64,000 nucleotides of DNA from Candidatus Eiseniibacteriota bacterium (GTDB taxonomy: Bacteria > Eisenbacteria > RBG-16-71-46). The notes beneath the pieces were generated by a model. It made no database searches. It saw only the letters and a list, made by a program, of their open reading frames with translations, and was not told the DNA's origin. This document shows, one piece after another, positions 1 through 10,300 of the stretch. The stretch spans positions 44,977 through 108,976 of the forward strand of contig JBGPFC010000008.1 of assembly GCA_041483195.1 (NCBI GenBank), given 5' to 3'. Position numbers and translations under genes: made by a program. Position 1 is the first letter of the stretch; every line of letters begins with the position of its first letter.

Positions 1-516
1 GCCGAACAGCTTCGCGGCATCCGCGACCCGCCCCTCGCCGAGCAGCGCGCGGATGCGGGTGCTGCTCACGGCGGACCCGCCCATCTCGACCAGCGGCACC
101 GCATCGACTTCGAACCCGCGCGTCGCTCCGATCTCGCGCAGTCGCTGGACGTTTCCCTCGCGCCTGCGTCCCAGCGCAAAGTTCTCGCCGACCACCAGCG
201 CGAAGGGCCGGTACGGCGCCACCAGATGCCGTTCCACGAATTCTTCGGGACCGGTGGCCGCGAGCTCCCGGGTGAACGGCAGCACGACCAGCTCGTCGAC
301 TCCCAGCGCGCGCAGACGCTCGCGCTTCTCGGGCATGGGCGTGAGCGGAGGCTCCGCGCGGAAGTCCGGCCTGAGCACGAGGTCCGGATGCGGATCGAAG
401 CTCAGGACGATGCAGCGCCCGCCCGCGGCGCGTGCCCGCGCGATCGCGCGCTCGAGGATCTGGCGGTGGCCGAGATGCACCCCGTCGAACACGCCGACCG
501 AGAGGGCGGCGCTCAC
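1..516 (-). CDS. ribF: Bifunctional riboflavin kinase/FAD synthetase (5' part; runs off the window start)
   Basis: Manual translation from GTG at 516 (GTGA overlap with the truB stop): MSAALSVGVFDGVHLGHRQIL...VVGENFALGRRREG...VSSTRIRALL. These are the FAD synthetase HxGH and SSTxIR motifs; usual position after truB. Confidence 0.93.
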   Translation of the reverse strand, partial: MSAALSVGVFDGVHLGHRQILERAIARARAAGGRCIVLSFDPHPDLVLRPDFRAEPPLTPMPEKRERLRALGVDELVVLPFTRELAATGPEEFVERHLVAPYRPFALVVGENFALGRRREGNVQRLREIGATRGFEVDAVPLVEMGGSAVSSTRIRALLGEGRVADAAKLFG

Positions 517-1493
517 GCCCGCCCCTCGCGCACCGTCCATGGAAAGACCACATGCGGGCAGAGACGGATCGCTCCCGGTTCGTCCGGATCGAGCTCGAGC
601 TCGCCCAGCGCGAGCGCCTCGCCCTCCGGCCCCCGCACGACCACGCTGCGCGGGCCCGCGGAGAGCGGCGCGTCGCCAGAGGCCTCGCGAGCGATCCGCG
701 GGCGGCCGCCGAAGCCGACGGCCCCCGCCTGCTCGGCGTCGAGCGTCACGTGCGGGAGCGTGGCGAGGGCCAGATCGAGCGCGATGCCGCAGCGCTCCCA
801 TACCTCGTACGGCGAGAGCGTGTCGAGCTCGCGCAGCGTCACCGAACGCTCGAGCCCGAACGGTTCGCTGCGCAGCCGCCGCAGCGCGGCGAGCGCGGCC
901 CCGGTGCCGAGTCGCTGACCCAGATCGTGCACCAGCGTACGCACGTAGGTCCCGCCCGCGCAGCGCACGCGAAAGCTCGCGTCGGGCAGGGCGAACGCCA
1001 GCCACTCCCACGATTCGACCCGCACCCGCCGCGGCGCGCGATCGACCGTCTCCCCGCGTCGCGCGAGACGATAGAGGCGCTGGCCCTGGACCTTGATCGC
1101 CGAAACCATCGGGGGCACCTGCTCGATGTCGCCCGTCAGCGTCAGCGCCGCCTCCCGAACCGCGGACGCCTGCACCGTGACCTCGTGCCGCTCGAGGACG
1201 GCCCCCGTCAAGTCCTGGCTGTCGGTCACGATCCCGAGCCGGAGCCTGCCCTCGTAGGTCTTCTCGCCGCCCTGCCACACCGAAGCGCAGCGCGTGGCGG
1301 CCCCGATCGCGACCAGCAGCAGTCCGCTCGCGGCGGGATCGAGCGTGCCGAGATGCCCCGCCCCCTTCGCCCGCAGGCGGCGCCGCACGCGCTCCACCAC
1401 GTCGTGCGACGTGACGCCGGTCGGCTTGTCGATCGCGAGCAGCCCGGAGCGCGGGCGCGGGGCGTCCCCGGGCGGCGCGTCCGAACCCGTCAC
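513..1493 (-). CDS. truB: tRNA pseudouridine(55) synthase TruB
   Basis: GLLAIDKPTGVTSHDVV, GHLGTLDPAASG, PPMVSAIKVQG and GTYVRTL motifs. Start set at GTG 1493; the ORF-track extension overlaps rbfA. Confidence 0.95.
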   Translation of the reverse strand: MTGSDAPPGDAPRPRSGLLAIDKPTGVTSHDVVERVRRRLRAKGAGHLGTLDPAASGLLLVAIGAATRCASVWQGGEKTYEGRLRLGIVTDSQDLTGAVLERHEVTVQASAVREAALTLTGDIEQVPPMVSAIKVQGQRLYRLARRGETVDRAPRRVRVESWEWLAFALPDASFRVRCAGGTYVRTLVHDLGQRLGTGAALAALRRLRSEPFGLERSVTLRELDTLSPYEVWERCGIALDLALATLPHVTLDAEQAGAVGFGGRPRIAREASGDAPLSAGPRSVVVRGPEGEALALGELELDPDEPGAIRLCPHVVFPWTVREGRA

Positions 1494-1510
1494 GCGCGCG
1501 CCGGCGGGCC

Positions 1511-1882
1511 TCACCGCTCCTCCTCGTCCTCGAGCGGCTCGCCGTGCTCGAGCCGGCGGAGGATCTCGTCCACCCGCGCGCCGCGCTCGACCGATTCGTC
1601 CAGGATGAATCGGATCTCGGGCACCTCGCGCAGGCCGAGCCGCGGGCGCAGCTCGTGGCGCACGAATCCGGCGGCGCTCTTCAGCGCATCGAGCACCCGT
1701 TCGCGCTCGGCGCCGCTCTTGAGCGTGCTCACGTACACGCGCGCGAACGAGAGATCCTGGGTCACCTCGACGTCGGTGATGCTCACCATGTCGTCGAGCC
1801 TCGGATCGCGCAGGCGGCGCTCGAGAATGTCCGCGACCTCGCGCCGCATGAGCTGGGCGATGCGCTCCGGACGGATTCTCAT
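1511..1882 (-). CDS. rbfA: 30S ribosome-binding factor A
   Basis: MRIRPERIAQLMRREVA...RDPRL...ITDVEVTQDLSFARVY...PEIRFILDES; operon context. Confidence 0.95.
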   Translation of the reverse strand: MRIRPERIAQLMRREVADILERRLRDPRLDDMVSITDVEVTQDLSFARVYVSTLKSGAERERVLDALKSAAGFVRHELRPRLGLREVPEIRFILDESVERGARVDEILRRLEHGEPLEDEEER

Positions 1883-2160
1883 TGGAGTTCCTCCTGCCAG
1901 TCGACGAGCTGGGCGCCGGGGGCGCCCTCGACCAGATTGCGCACGGACTGGAGCATCTCGCCAATCTGGCGGCGCTCGCCCGAGATCACCGCGACACCGA
2001 GTGCCGCGCGTTGCCACAGATCCTGGTGATCCACCTCGGCGACCGCCGCATGGACGCGCTGGCGGATGCGCTCCTTCAGGGAACGCACGACCGATCGCTT
2101 GTCCTTGAGCGATGCGCTCCCGGGAAGGTGAAGCTCGATGCGGACGATGCCCACGAACAT
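1879..2160 (-). CDS. DUF503 (YlxP-like) protein
   Basis: MFVGIVRIELHLPGSASLKDKRSVV...VAEVDHQDLWQRA; canonical position between infB and rbfA. Confidence 0.9.
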   Translation of the reverse strand: MFVGIVRIELHLPGSASLKDKRSVVRSLKERIRQRVHAAVAEVDHQDLWQRAALGVAVISGERRQIGEMLQSVRNLVEGAPGAQLVDWQEELQ

Positions 2161-2180
2161 CGGCGCATGGGCCCGCGCGG

Positions 2181-4472
2181 CTACCCCAGCGTGCGGGCCA
2201 TCTCCTCGATGGTGAAGGCCTCGATGACGTCTCCGGTCCGGATATCGTTCATGCCTTCGAGCGAGATTCCGCACTCGAATCCGGTCGCGACTTCGCGGAC
2301 GTCGTCTTTGAAGCGCTTGAGCGTGCCGATCCGGCCGGTCCACACGACGTCGCCGTCGCGGCGCAGCCGGACCTTCGCGGTGCGCGGCATGTTGCCGGAC
2401 ATCACCATGCATCCCGCCACCATGCCGGCCTTCGAGAGCTTGAACAGCTGGCGCACTTCCGCGGTCCCGAGCACGACCTCCCTGAGCTCGGGCTTGAGCA
2501 GACCCTCGAGCGCCTGCTTCACGTCCTCGACCGCCTTGTAGATGATGTCGTAGAGACGGATCTCGACCTTCTCGCGCTCCGCGAGTTCGCGCGCGCGGCT
2601 GTCGGGCCGCGCATGGAATCCCACGATGATCGCGCCGGACGCCGCGGCGAGGAGCACGTCGGACTCCGTGATCTGGCCCACCGCCTGCCGGATGATGTGG
2701 ATCTGCACTTCCTCGTTGCTGAGCTTGGTGAGCGATTCGGAAAGCGCCTCGACCGAACCGTCGACGTCGCCCTTGATGACGAGCTTGAGCTCGTTGAGCT
2801 CGCCCTGCGTCATCTGCGCGTAGACATCGGTGAGCGCGATCGCCTTGGCCGCGCGGAACTCGTGCTCGCGGTGCAGCGCCTGGCGCTTGGTCGCGATCTC
2901 GCGCGCCTCGCGCTCGTCCTCGAACGCCGCGAAGATGTCGCCGGCGGCCGGCGTGCCGCTCCAGCCCAGCACCTCGACCGGGGTCGAAGGGCCGGCGTCG
3001 CGCACCTGGCGGCCGCGTTCGTCGAACATCGCCCGCACCCGGCCCGAATGCTGGCCGGCGACGAACGCGTCGCCGACGTGCAACGTGCCGTTCTGCACCA
3101 GCATGCTCGCGACCACGCCGCGCCCCTGCTCGACGCGCGCCTCGAGCACCACGCCCTTGGCGCGGCGGTCCGGATCGGCCTTGAGATCGAGCAGCTCCGC
3201 GGAGAGCAGGATCATCTCGAGCAGCCGCTCCAGGTTCGTGCCCTTCTTGGCCGAGATCTCGACGCACACGTACTTGCCGCCGAACTCCTCGACCACCACG
3301 CCGTGCGCCGCGAGCTCCTGTTTGACCAGGTCGGGCCGCGCGGCGGGGAGATCGATCTTGTTGATCGCGACGACGATCGGCACGTTCGCGGCCTTGGCGT
3401 GATCGATGGCTTCGATCGTCTGCGGCATCACGCGATCGTCGGCGGCGACGACCAGCACGACGATGTCGGTGACCTGCGCCCCGCGTGCGCGCATCGCGGT
3501 AAACGCCTCGTGGCCGGGCGTGTCGAGGAAGCAGATCTTCTGGCCACCCGGCAACTCGACGTCGTACGCCCCGATATGCTGCGTGATGCCGCCCGCCTCT
3601 CCGGCGATGACGTTGGTCTTGCGGATGTGGTCAAGCAGCGACGTCTTCCCGTGGTCGACGTGGCCCATGACCGTCACCACCGGGGCGCGCTTGGACAGGT
3701 GTTCTTCCGACGCCGTCTCCTCCGGCGTTTCCTCTTCGACCCCGCCGTACTCCGACTGGAACTCCACGCCGAACCCGAACTCGTCGGCCACCGTGAGGAT
3801 CGAGTCCTTGTCGAGGCGCTTGTTGATGGTCGCCATCAGCCCGAGGCGCATGCAGGTCGCGATGACCTCCTGCGGCTTCACTTCCATCAGGTTCGCAAGC
3901 TCCGCGACGGTGATGAACTCGGTCGCGCGGATGACCTTGGCCTCCTCGGCGACGGCCTCCCCGTTCTCGTCCTCGCGCCGGCGATGGCGGCGCCGCGCGC
4001 TGCCCGCATCGAGGCTGGCGAGCGTCTTGCGCACGCTGTCGATCACGAGCTTCTCGTCGACGACCTTCTTCTTCTTCCGGTCCCTGCGCCGCATGCCCCG
4101 CGGCTCCGCGGAACGCGCCGGCGGCGGCGCGGGGCGCGAGGCCGAGGCGGTCGCAGCGGGCGCGGGCGCCGGGCGGGCGGCGGCGGCCGCGGCCTGGGCG
4201 GCGAGCGCGGCGGCCGCGGCGCGAGCGCGTTCCTCACGCGCGCGCTGCAGCTCCTGCTCGTGCTTGCGCGCCTGCTCCTCGCGGACCACCGTCTTTTCCT
4301 GGGCCATTTCGGCCTGGACCTTCTGGACGGTCTCCGGGAGCAGCGTGCTCATGTGATTCTTCACCTCGACGCCGAGGCGGCGCACGATCTGGAGCACGGC
4401 CTCGCTCGACATGCCCAGTTCCTTCGCCACCTCGTACACACGAGGCTTCTTCGATTCGGTGGCCCTAGGCAT
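2181..4472 (-). CDS. infB: Translation initiation factor IF-2
   Basis: [11 protein letters not shown]-domain; G-domain [24 protein letters not shown]; C-terminal ECGI motif. Confidence 0.98.
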   Translation of the reverse strand: MPRATESKKPRVYEVAKELGMSSEAVLQIVRRLGVEVKNHMSTLLPETVQKVQAEMAQEKTVVREEQARKHEQELQRAREERARAAAAALAAQAAAAAARPAPAPAATASASRPAPPPARSAEPRGMRRRDRKKKKVVDEKLVIDSVRKTLASLDAGSARRRHRRREDENGEAVAEEAKVIRATEFITVAELANLMEVKPQEVIATCMRLGLMATINKRLDKDSILTVADEFGFGVEFQSEYGGVEEETPEETASEEHLSKRAPVVTVMGHVDHGKTSLLDHIRKTNVIAGEAGGITQHIGAYDVELPGGQKICFLDTPGHEAFTAMRARGAQVTDIVVLVVAADDRVMPQTIEAIDHAKAANVPIVVAINKIDLPAARPDLVKQELAAHGVVVEEFGGKYVCVEISAKKGTNLERLLEMILLSAELLDLKADPDRRAKGVVLEARVEQGRGVVASMLVQNGTLHVGDAFVAGQHSGRVRAMFDERGRQVRDAGPSTPVEVLGWSGTPAAGDIFAAFEDEREAREIATKRQALHREHEFRAAKAIALTDVYAQMTQGELNELKLVIKGDVDGSVEALSESLTKLSNEEVQIHIIRQAVGQITESDVLLAAASGAIIVGFHARPDSRARELAEREKVEIRLYDIIYKAVEDVKQALEGLLKPELREVVLGTAEVRQLFKLSKAGMVAGCMVMSGNMPRTAKVRLRRDGDVVWTGRIGTLKRFKDDVREVATGFECGISLEGMNDIRTGDVIEAFTIEEMARTLG

Positions 4473-5850
4473 TCGCCTCTCCATCGCTCGCCGCCGCGCT
4501 GCTCGCCGCCGGGGCGCCGGGCGCGTCCGCCGCCGGCCGCTCGGGCTCGGCGCCGGCTTCCATCTCCGGCGTGAACTCCATCTCGCCCGGCGCGTCGCTG
4601 GCGGGCGGGTGGGCGGCGACGTACTCCTGGCCGACCGTCAGCAGCCGCTCGGCGGTCTTCTCGCCGATGCCCGGGATCTCGATCAGCTTCTCGAGCGGGG
4701 TCGCGAGCAGCTCCTGCACGGTCTCGATGCCGGCCGAGATCAGCTTCTCGGTGGTCGCCTCCCCGAGCTCGAGCTTCTCGACCTCGATGCGGCTGGCACG
4801 CTCGACGTCCTGGCGCTTCTTCTCGTCGCTCTTCGAGATCAGGTCGATCTTCCAGCCGGTGAGCCGCGCCGCGAGGCGCGCGTTCTGCCCGCCCTTGCCG
4901 ATCGCGAGCGACAGCTGATCGTCGGCGACCACCAGCACCATGCGCTTGTCGGGTTCCGAGACGCGCACGTCCATGACGCGCGCCGGCGACAGCGCGCGCG
5001 ACACGAACACCGCCGGATCCTGCGACCACGGCACGATGTCGATGCGCTCGCCGCCAAGCTCGCGCACGATGCTCTGCACCCGCGAGCCCTTGAGCCCCAC
5101 GCACGAGCCGACGGCGTCCACGCGCGGGTCGGTCGAGTACACCGAGATCTTCGAGCGGGATCCCGCCTCGCGCGCCACCGCCTTGATCTCGACGATGCTG
5201 TCTGCGATCTCGGGCACCTCGCCCTCGAACAGGCGGCGCAGGAAATCGGGATGGGTGCGCGAGAGGATGACCTGCGGACCCTTGACCGACTTGTCGACAG
5301 CGATCACAACGGCCCGGACGTAGTCCCCCTGGCGGTGGTACGACCGCGGAATCTGTTCGCGCGCGGGGAGGAAGCCCTCGGAGTGGTCGAGCTTCACGAT
5401 CACGTTGCCGCGATCCACCTGCTGGACGACGCCGCGCACCAGCGTTCCGATCTTGTCGGAGTACTCGCGGAACACCCGCTCGCGCTCCGCCTCGCGCACG
5501 CGCTGGATCAGCACCTGCTTCGCGGTCTGCACGGCGTTGCGGCCGAATTCGGCGATCGCCAGCGGGAAGGTGAGCACCTCGCCGACCCGGACGTCGGACT
5601 TGTAGGCGCGCGCCTCTTCGACGGTCATCTGCACGGCGGAGTCCTCGACGGTCTCGACCACAACGCGCCGGATCGCGACGCTGATCGCGCCGGTCTCGTT
5701 CGCGAACTTGACCTCGACGTCCGCGGTGGGCCCGTACTTCTTCCGCACCGCGCTCGCGAGCCCGGCTTCGAGGGTCTCCACGAGCAGCGCCCGATCCACG
5801 CTCTTCTCGCGCGTGATCTGGCTCAGGGCGTCCAGGATTTCGTTGTTCAT
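4465..5850 (-). CDS. nusA: Transcription termination/antitermination factor NusA
   Basis: MNNEILDALSQITREKS N-domain, S1, KH (AREAGSRSKI, AIGKGGQNARLA) and C-terminal HhH (IPGIGEKTA). Confidence 0.97.
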   Translation of the reverse strand: MNNEILDALSQITREKSVDRALLVETLEAGLASAVRKKYGPTADVEVKFANETGAISVAIRRVVVETVEDSAVQMTVEEARAYKSDVRVGEVLTFPLAIAEFGRNAVQTAKQVLIQRVREAERERVFREYSDKIGTLVRGVVQQVDRGNVIVKLDHSEGFLPAREQIPRSYHRQGDYVRAVVIAVDKSVKGPQVILSRTHPDFLRRLFEGEVPEIADSIVEIKAVAREAGSRSKISVYSTDPRVDAVGSCVGLKGSRVQSIVRELGGERIDIVPWSQDPAVFVSRALSPARVMDVRVSEPDKRMVLVVADDQLSLAIGKGGQNARLAARLTGWKIDLISKSDEKKRQDVERASRIEVEKLELGEATTEKLISAGIETVQELLATPLEKLIEIPGIGEKTAERLLTVGQEYVAAHPPASDAPGEMEFTPEMEAGAEPERPAADAPGAPAASSAAASDGEANA

Positions 5851-6335
5851 CGAGCTCTCCCCCGCGAGCGCACGGCGCTCCACGGATCCACGACCAGGCG
5901 TGCCGACTTGACCTCGGCCCACTCGAACCACGTCACGATGCCGTCTTCCATCCGGATTCCGGCGCGACTGTCGTCGGGCGCGAGCAATTCGCCTTCGAAA
6001 TTGCGCCGCCCGCCGCGCGCCTCGCGCAGCTCCACCGCCGCACGCTGTCCAGCAAACCGTGCGATCGCATCGAGCGTCCGCAACGGCCGATCCATACCGG
6101 GAGAGCTGACCTCCAGATCGTAGCTCCCCGGCATGGTCTGGTTCATTTCCAGACAATCCGACAGCCGCCGGCTGAACGCCGCGCAGTCGCCGACCGTAAC
6201 CCCTCCGGGCTTATCGAGCAGCACCCGGATGACCCGGCGCGAACCGCGGACGGCGAACTCGACGTCGACGAGCTCGATCCCCGACTCTTCGGCCAGCGGT
6301 CCCGCCAGCTGGCGAACCTCTTCTCGGACTTCCAA
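5847..6335 (-). CDS. rimP: Ribosome maturation factor RimP
   Basis: DKPGGVTVGDC and YDLEVSSPGMDRPL motifs; first gene of the nusA-infB operon; TTG start. Confidence 0.95.
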   Translation of the reverse strand: MEVREEVRQLAGPLAEESGIELVDVEFAVRGSRRVIRVLLDKPGGVTVGDCAAFSRRLSDCLEMNQTMPGSYDLEVSSPGMDRPLRTLDAIARFAGQRAAVELREARGGRRNFEGELLAPDDSRAGIRMEDGIVTWFEWAEVKSARLVVDPWSAVRSRGRAR

Positions 6336-6353
6336 TTTCGCTCCCGCACCGAC

Positions 6354-6385
6354 AAAAAACGGAGTGGTCGCGCCAGCCCCACTCC
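6354..6385 (-). promoter_or_regulatory. rimP leader terminator-like hairpin (attenuator candidate)
   Basis: Minus strand GGAGTGG-N11-CCACTCC-GTTTTTT just upstream of rimP, downstream of a TTGCCG-N18-TACTCT promoter-like motif (6394-6423). Confidence 0.7.
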
Positions 6386-6452
6386 TGGCGGCCAGAGTAC
6401 ATGAATCTGGCCAGGAACGGCAAGTGCCAACCCCCCTGGGCCGGGGAGGCCC

Positions 6453-7364
6453 CTAGCGGCGCGCCAGCGCGCTACGGTAGACGAGCCAGATCGCCACCCG
6501 GGACACTTCGGCGAGGCTCGCCGCCGAGGTCTGGTCGGGCAGATCCAGGTGCGTGTGCCAGGCGGGGTAATCGAAGTCGATGATGTCGACGGCGGGCAGC
6601 CCGCGCTCCAGCAGCGGGATATGGTCGTCGGTCAGCGCGTGCCGGGGCTCCGCATGGAAGTCGTGCGCGGCCGTCGCGCGTGCCCCTTCCAGCACCAGTG
6701 CCACCAGATTCGACGCGCGCTCGGCCGACTGCACCTCGGGGTAGATGGCCAGGTCGCGGTCCCCGACCATGTCGAACAGGAACGCGGCGAGCGGCCGGCC
6801 GGCGGCGCCGGCTGCTGGGAGCCGGGCCGCGTAGCCGCGCGCGCCGAGGCAGAATGCCTGCGGCTTCGTCGCCTCGCCCTGATCCTCGCCATCGAAGAAC
6901 ACCAGGTCGACGCCCCGCGCGGGTGGACGAAGGTGCATCGCCTCCGCGACCTCGAGGAGAACGGCGACGCCCGATCCGCCGTCGTTCGCTCCGGGCAGCG
7001 GGTCACGCCGATGCCCGGGGTCCGGATCCTGATCGCACCACGGCCGCGTGTCGTAGTGCGCGCACAGCGCGACGCGTCGACCGGCATCGGGTCCGAAGCG
7101 CGCGATGAGATTGCAGAGCTCGATCGGCCGTCCGAGCGTCGAGTCGATGAACGCCTGCCGCTCGATCCGCCCGCCGAGGCGCTGAAGCTCGCCCACCAGC
7201 CATTCGACGGCGGCCGCGTGCCCCGCGCTTCCCGGAACGCGCGGCCCCATCTCGACCTGGTGCACGATCCGGCCCTGCGCTCGCGCGCCGTCCGCGACGA
7301 TGGGGGCCGAGCACGAGCCGAGCGTGAGCGGGATCAGCGTGAGGCACAGCAGGATCGATCTCAT
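6453..7364 (-). CDS. M28-family Zn lipoprotein, glutaminyl-peptide cyclotransferase-like
   Basis: Lipobox LGS-C; motifs AHYDTRP, GANDGGSGVAVLLE, FFDGED, DMVG, DDHIP and WHT resemble Bacteroidota-type glutaminyl cyclases. Confidence 0.85.
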   Translation of the reverse strand: MRSILLCLTLIPLTLGSCSAPIVADGARAQGRIVHQVEMGPRVPGSAGHAAAVEWLVGELQRLGGRIERQAFIDSTLGRPIELCNLIARFGPDAGRRVALCAHYDTRPWCDQDPDPGHRRDPLPGANDGGSGVAVLLEVAEAMHLRPPARGVDLVFFDGEDQGEATKPQAFCLGARGYAARLPAAGAAGRPLAAFLFDMVGDRDLAIYPEVQSAERASNLVALVLEGARATAAHDFHAEPRHALTDDHIPLLERGLPAVDIIDFDYPAWHTHLDLPDQTSAASLAEVSRVAIWLVYRSALARR

Positions 7365-7370
7365 GGGACC

Positions 7371-10300
7371 TCAGAAGCTGAAGGAAGCGCGGAATTCGAC
7401 GCGCACGTTGCGCGAGGTGATCTGCCGCTGGAGATCGCGATTCTGTCCGAAGCCCAGCACCAGCCCGCCGGTGACGCTGTTGCTGAAGGAGTAGTCGCCG
7501 CGGCCGTTCAAGGAGAGCCGGTCCTGGTCGATCGGAAGCTGCGCGCGCCTCGATCCGACGGTCACCGTCTCGCCGCTGGTTCGCGAGTACACGCCGGTGA
7601 GCCCGAGCGACACCGCGCTCTTCACGGTTTTTTCCCGGCCCAGGATCTTGACCTTCTGCCCTCGCGAGTAGGAGCGGCTCAGGCTCAGGTTCACGTCGGT
7701 GTTGCGGTCGGTGCGCGTCGAGCGAAAGAACTGGAAGTTGTCTCGCACCGTGACTCTGCGCTCGATCTTGAGCTCGGCGCGCGTGGCGTTCTTGAAATCG
7801 CCAGAGAGGCTGAGCAGCGGCTGCCACTGGCTGCTGGTCGAGACGCTGGTGGGGGTCTGGTCGCCGGTTCGATAATCGGTGAGGGTCGAGCGGCTGAACG
7901 CGGTCCTGATCCGCGGGCTGGCCAGCACGCGGTCGATGCGAAGCAGGTTGGGAATCCGACCGTATTCGAAATCCAGGTCCGGGAAGCGCGACGTCACCGA
8001 GCGCGTGGAAACGCCATTCATCTGAGTGCGGCGCGTCGTGTACTCGCCGCGAGTCATCACCGTCGCGTCGAGCACGAGACCAAGGCGGGTCCGCGCCGAG
8101 GCGCGCCAGTCCATCGAACGGTTCGAGCTGTTGCCGAACTGGGCATGCATGCCGCTGCCGGACCCGGTCGAGAGGCCGGGGTCGTCCGAGAGTCCCGCGA
8201 GATAGCCGACGCTGGGGATCCCGGTCAGTCGCGAGTAGCCGCTCGACTTGTTGTACGCGGCCTCGGTGCTGATCGCGCCCAGCCGCGCGAGCATGCTCCG
8301 CCAGGAGATCGCCGGCGCGCGGGGCACCTTCCGCGAGGTGTCACCGAGCGCCGGCCGCCCCGCGCGCGCTCCGCCGAACCGGTCGAAGGGAACCGCCCAG
8401 GTTCCCGAGATCGACTGGTTGTTTCCGATCGAGCGCACGCTCAGGTCGGGCGACAGCTCGGGGCGATTGTCCTGCGAGTAGTTCGATCCCCAGCCGAACG
8501 ACGGACTGAGCCATGGACCCTTGTTCACGACGTAACGCGCGTCCATGTTCTGCCGCCAGGTCACGACGCGGCCGAAGTTGATGGGCCCGATCTTCTCGCG
8601 CAGCGCCGGCGCGAGCATGAGATTGCGCAGTGCCTCGAAGTGATGGTGGAGGAACTCGAAGGGGCGGGTGTCCGCGCCGAAGTTGACGGAGGCCGCGCGC
8701 CCTGCGACGGAATTTCGCAGCAGGAGACCGCCGTCGCGGGTCCGGTCGAACGCGCGACTCTGGCTGCTGGAGACGGCGTAGTTCCAGTAGAAACGCTCGG
8801 GCAGTGGATAGAATCGGGCCTTGGTGAGCGGCAGCGGGATCGCGAGCAGGCTCCGGGGCGCGATCCCGTAGTTCACAGCAGACGACTTCGACGTCGAGGT
8901 TCCCACCGAGGTGGGATTGCGGCTGTCGGTCTGCGACCGGCTATGGCTGACGGTGACGCCGCCCAGGGTGTAACGCAGGATGGGATTCGCGCGATCGCTC
9001 CACTGCCGGCGATAGCTGGTCGCGAGGCTGCGCGTCTCTCCGCGGGTCTCGCTCGCGGCCTCGAATGCCCCGGTGCGCAGGATGTCGTCGCCCGCGTTGA
9101 AGCGCGGCTTCGATGAGCTGCGCGCGTAGTTGAGCGCGAGCGGCAGCACGATGCCGGTGGCCTCGAAGAACCGGTGAAGGTCGATGCTGGTCCCCATGTT
9201 GAGCTGGTCGGAGGAGCTGCCGCTGCCGCGGCTCTCTCCCACGCTCTGGAAATTGGCATCGCGCGCGTTCCACGACAGGTTGTAGCTGGCCAGGTTGGCG
9301 AGGCGGCCGTTCACCTGCATGCGCTTCGCGTAGCCCGCGTCCTTCGCGACATCCGTCGCCCGCAGCTCGTCGAACAGCACGCGGCCTCCCGGCATGACGT
9401 GGAGCGGGCTCCGGTTCGCGTTGATGATCCCGAACGAAACGCGGCGCAGGCGTGTGAACGAAGGGCGCCCCTTGATGATGATCGAGTCGTTCCCGGCGGG
9501 ACCGGGCACGCGATACATCGGGTCGGTCGTCGGGAAGCCGAGCTTGAGGTTCGAGAGATCGGTGAGCTTGAGTCGCACCTCCTGCCACGGAATGCGGGTC
9601 GAATCGGGATCGATCGGCAGCCGGGCCTTGTACTCGTAGTAGTTGCGACCCAGCTCGTCCGACGCGAAGCGCACGAAGTACTGGATGTTCTCCAGCGAGT
9701 CCGCGAGCGCCGCATAGTCTTCGAAGCGCGAGCCCCCGATCCAGAAATTGAGCGAGCCGTAGCGGCTGTAGTTCTCGTCGATCGAAAACGTCTTGAAGAC
9801 CTCGAGCGTGTCGTCGGGGGCCAGCTGGGTGAACTCCAGGCCCAGCGACTGTTCGCGCCGGCTGAGCGGCAGGCCGCCGCTGCGATCGGTGCCGGGATCG
9901 AAGGGCGCCGTGTATTCGTCAGCGTTGTCCACGTTGTTCAGCGAGTTGAGCGTCAGCGTGGTTTCGAACTGCTCCTGGTCGGGCGTGAGCGGTGTGCCCT
10001 GCCAGCGGCTGCCGACGATCTCGAGACCGCCCAGCATGAGCAGCGGGCGGGCCGCGGGATCGGGATCCACCAGCGAGTCCACCCACACCCGCACGTGGCG
10101 CGCGAGGGTGAGATCGGGGGCGCCGAACTTGACTCGCAACGCGTCGTTGATCGGGATCCGGTAGCGCCGCCACCCGTTGTCGGCCCGCACCGGATTGCGC
10201 GGGGGCGGGGACACGAAGTCGCGCCTCACGTCGGTCTCGAGATAGGTGTCGCACGTGTCGCACAGGTCCACGGAGTACTCGAAGTAATCCTCGGCGGTGT

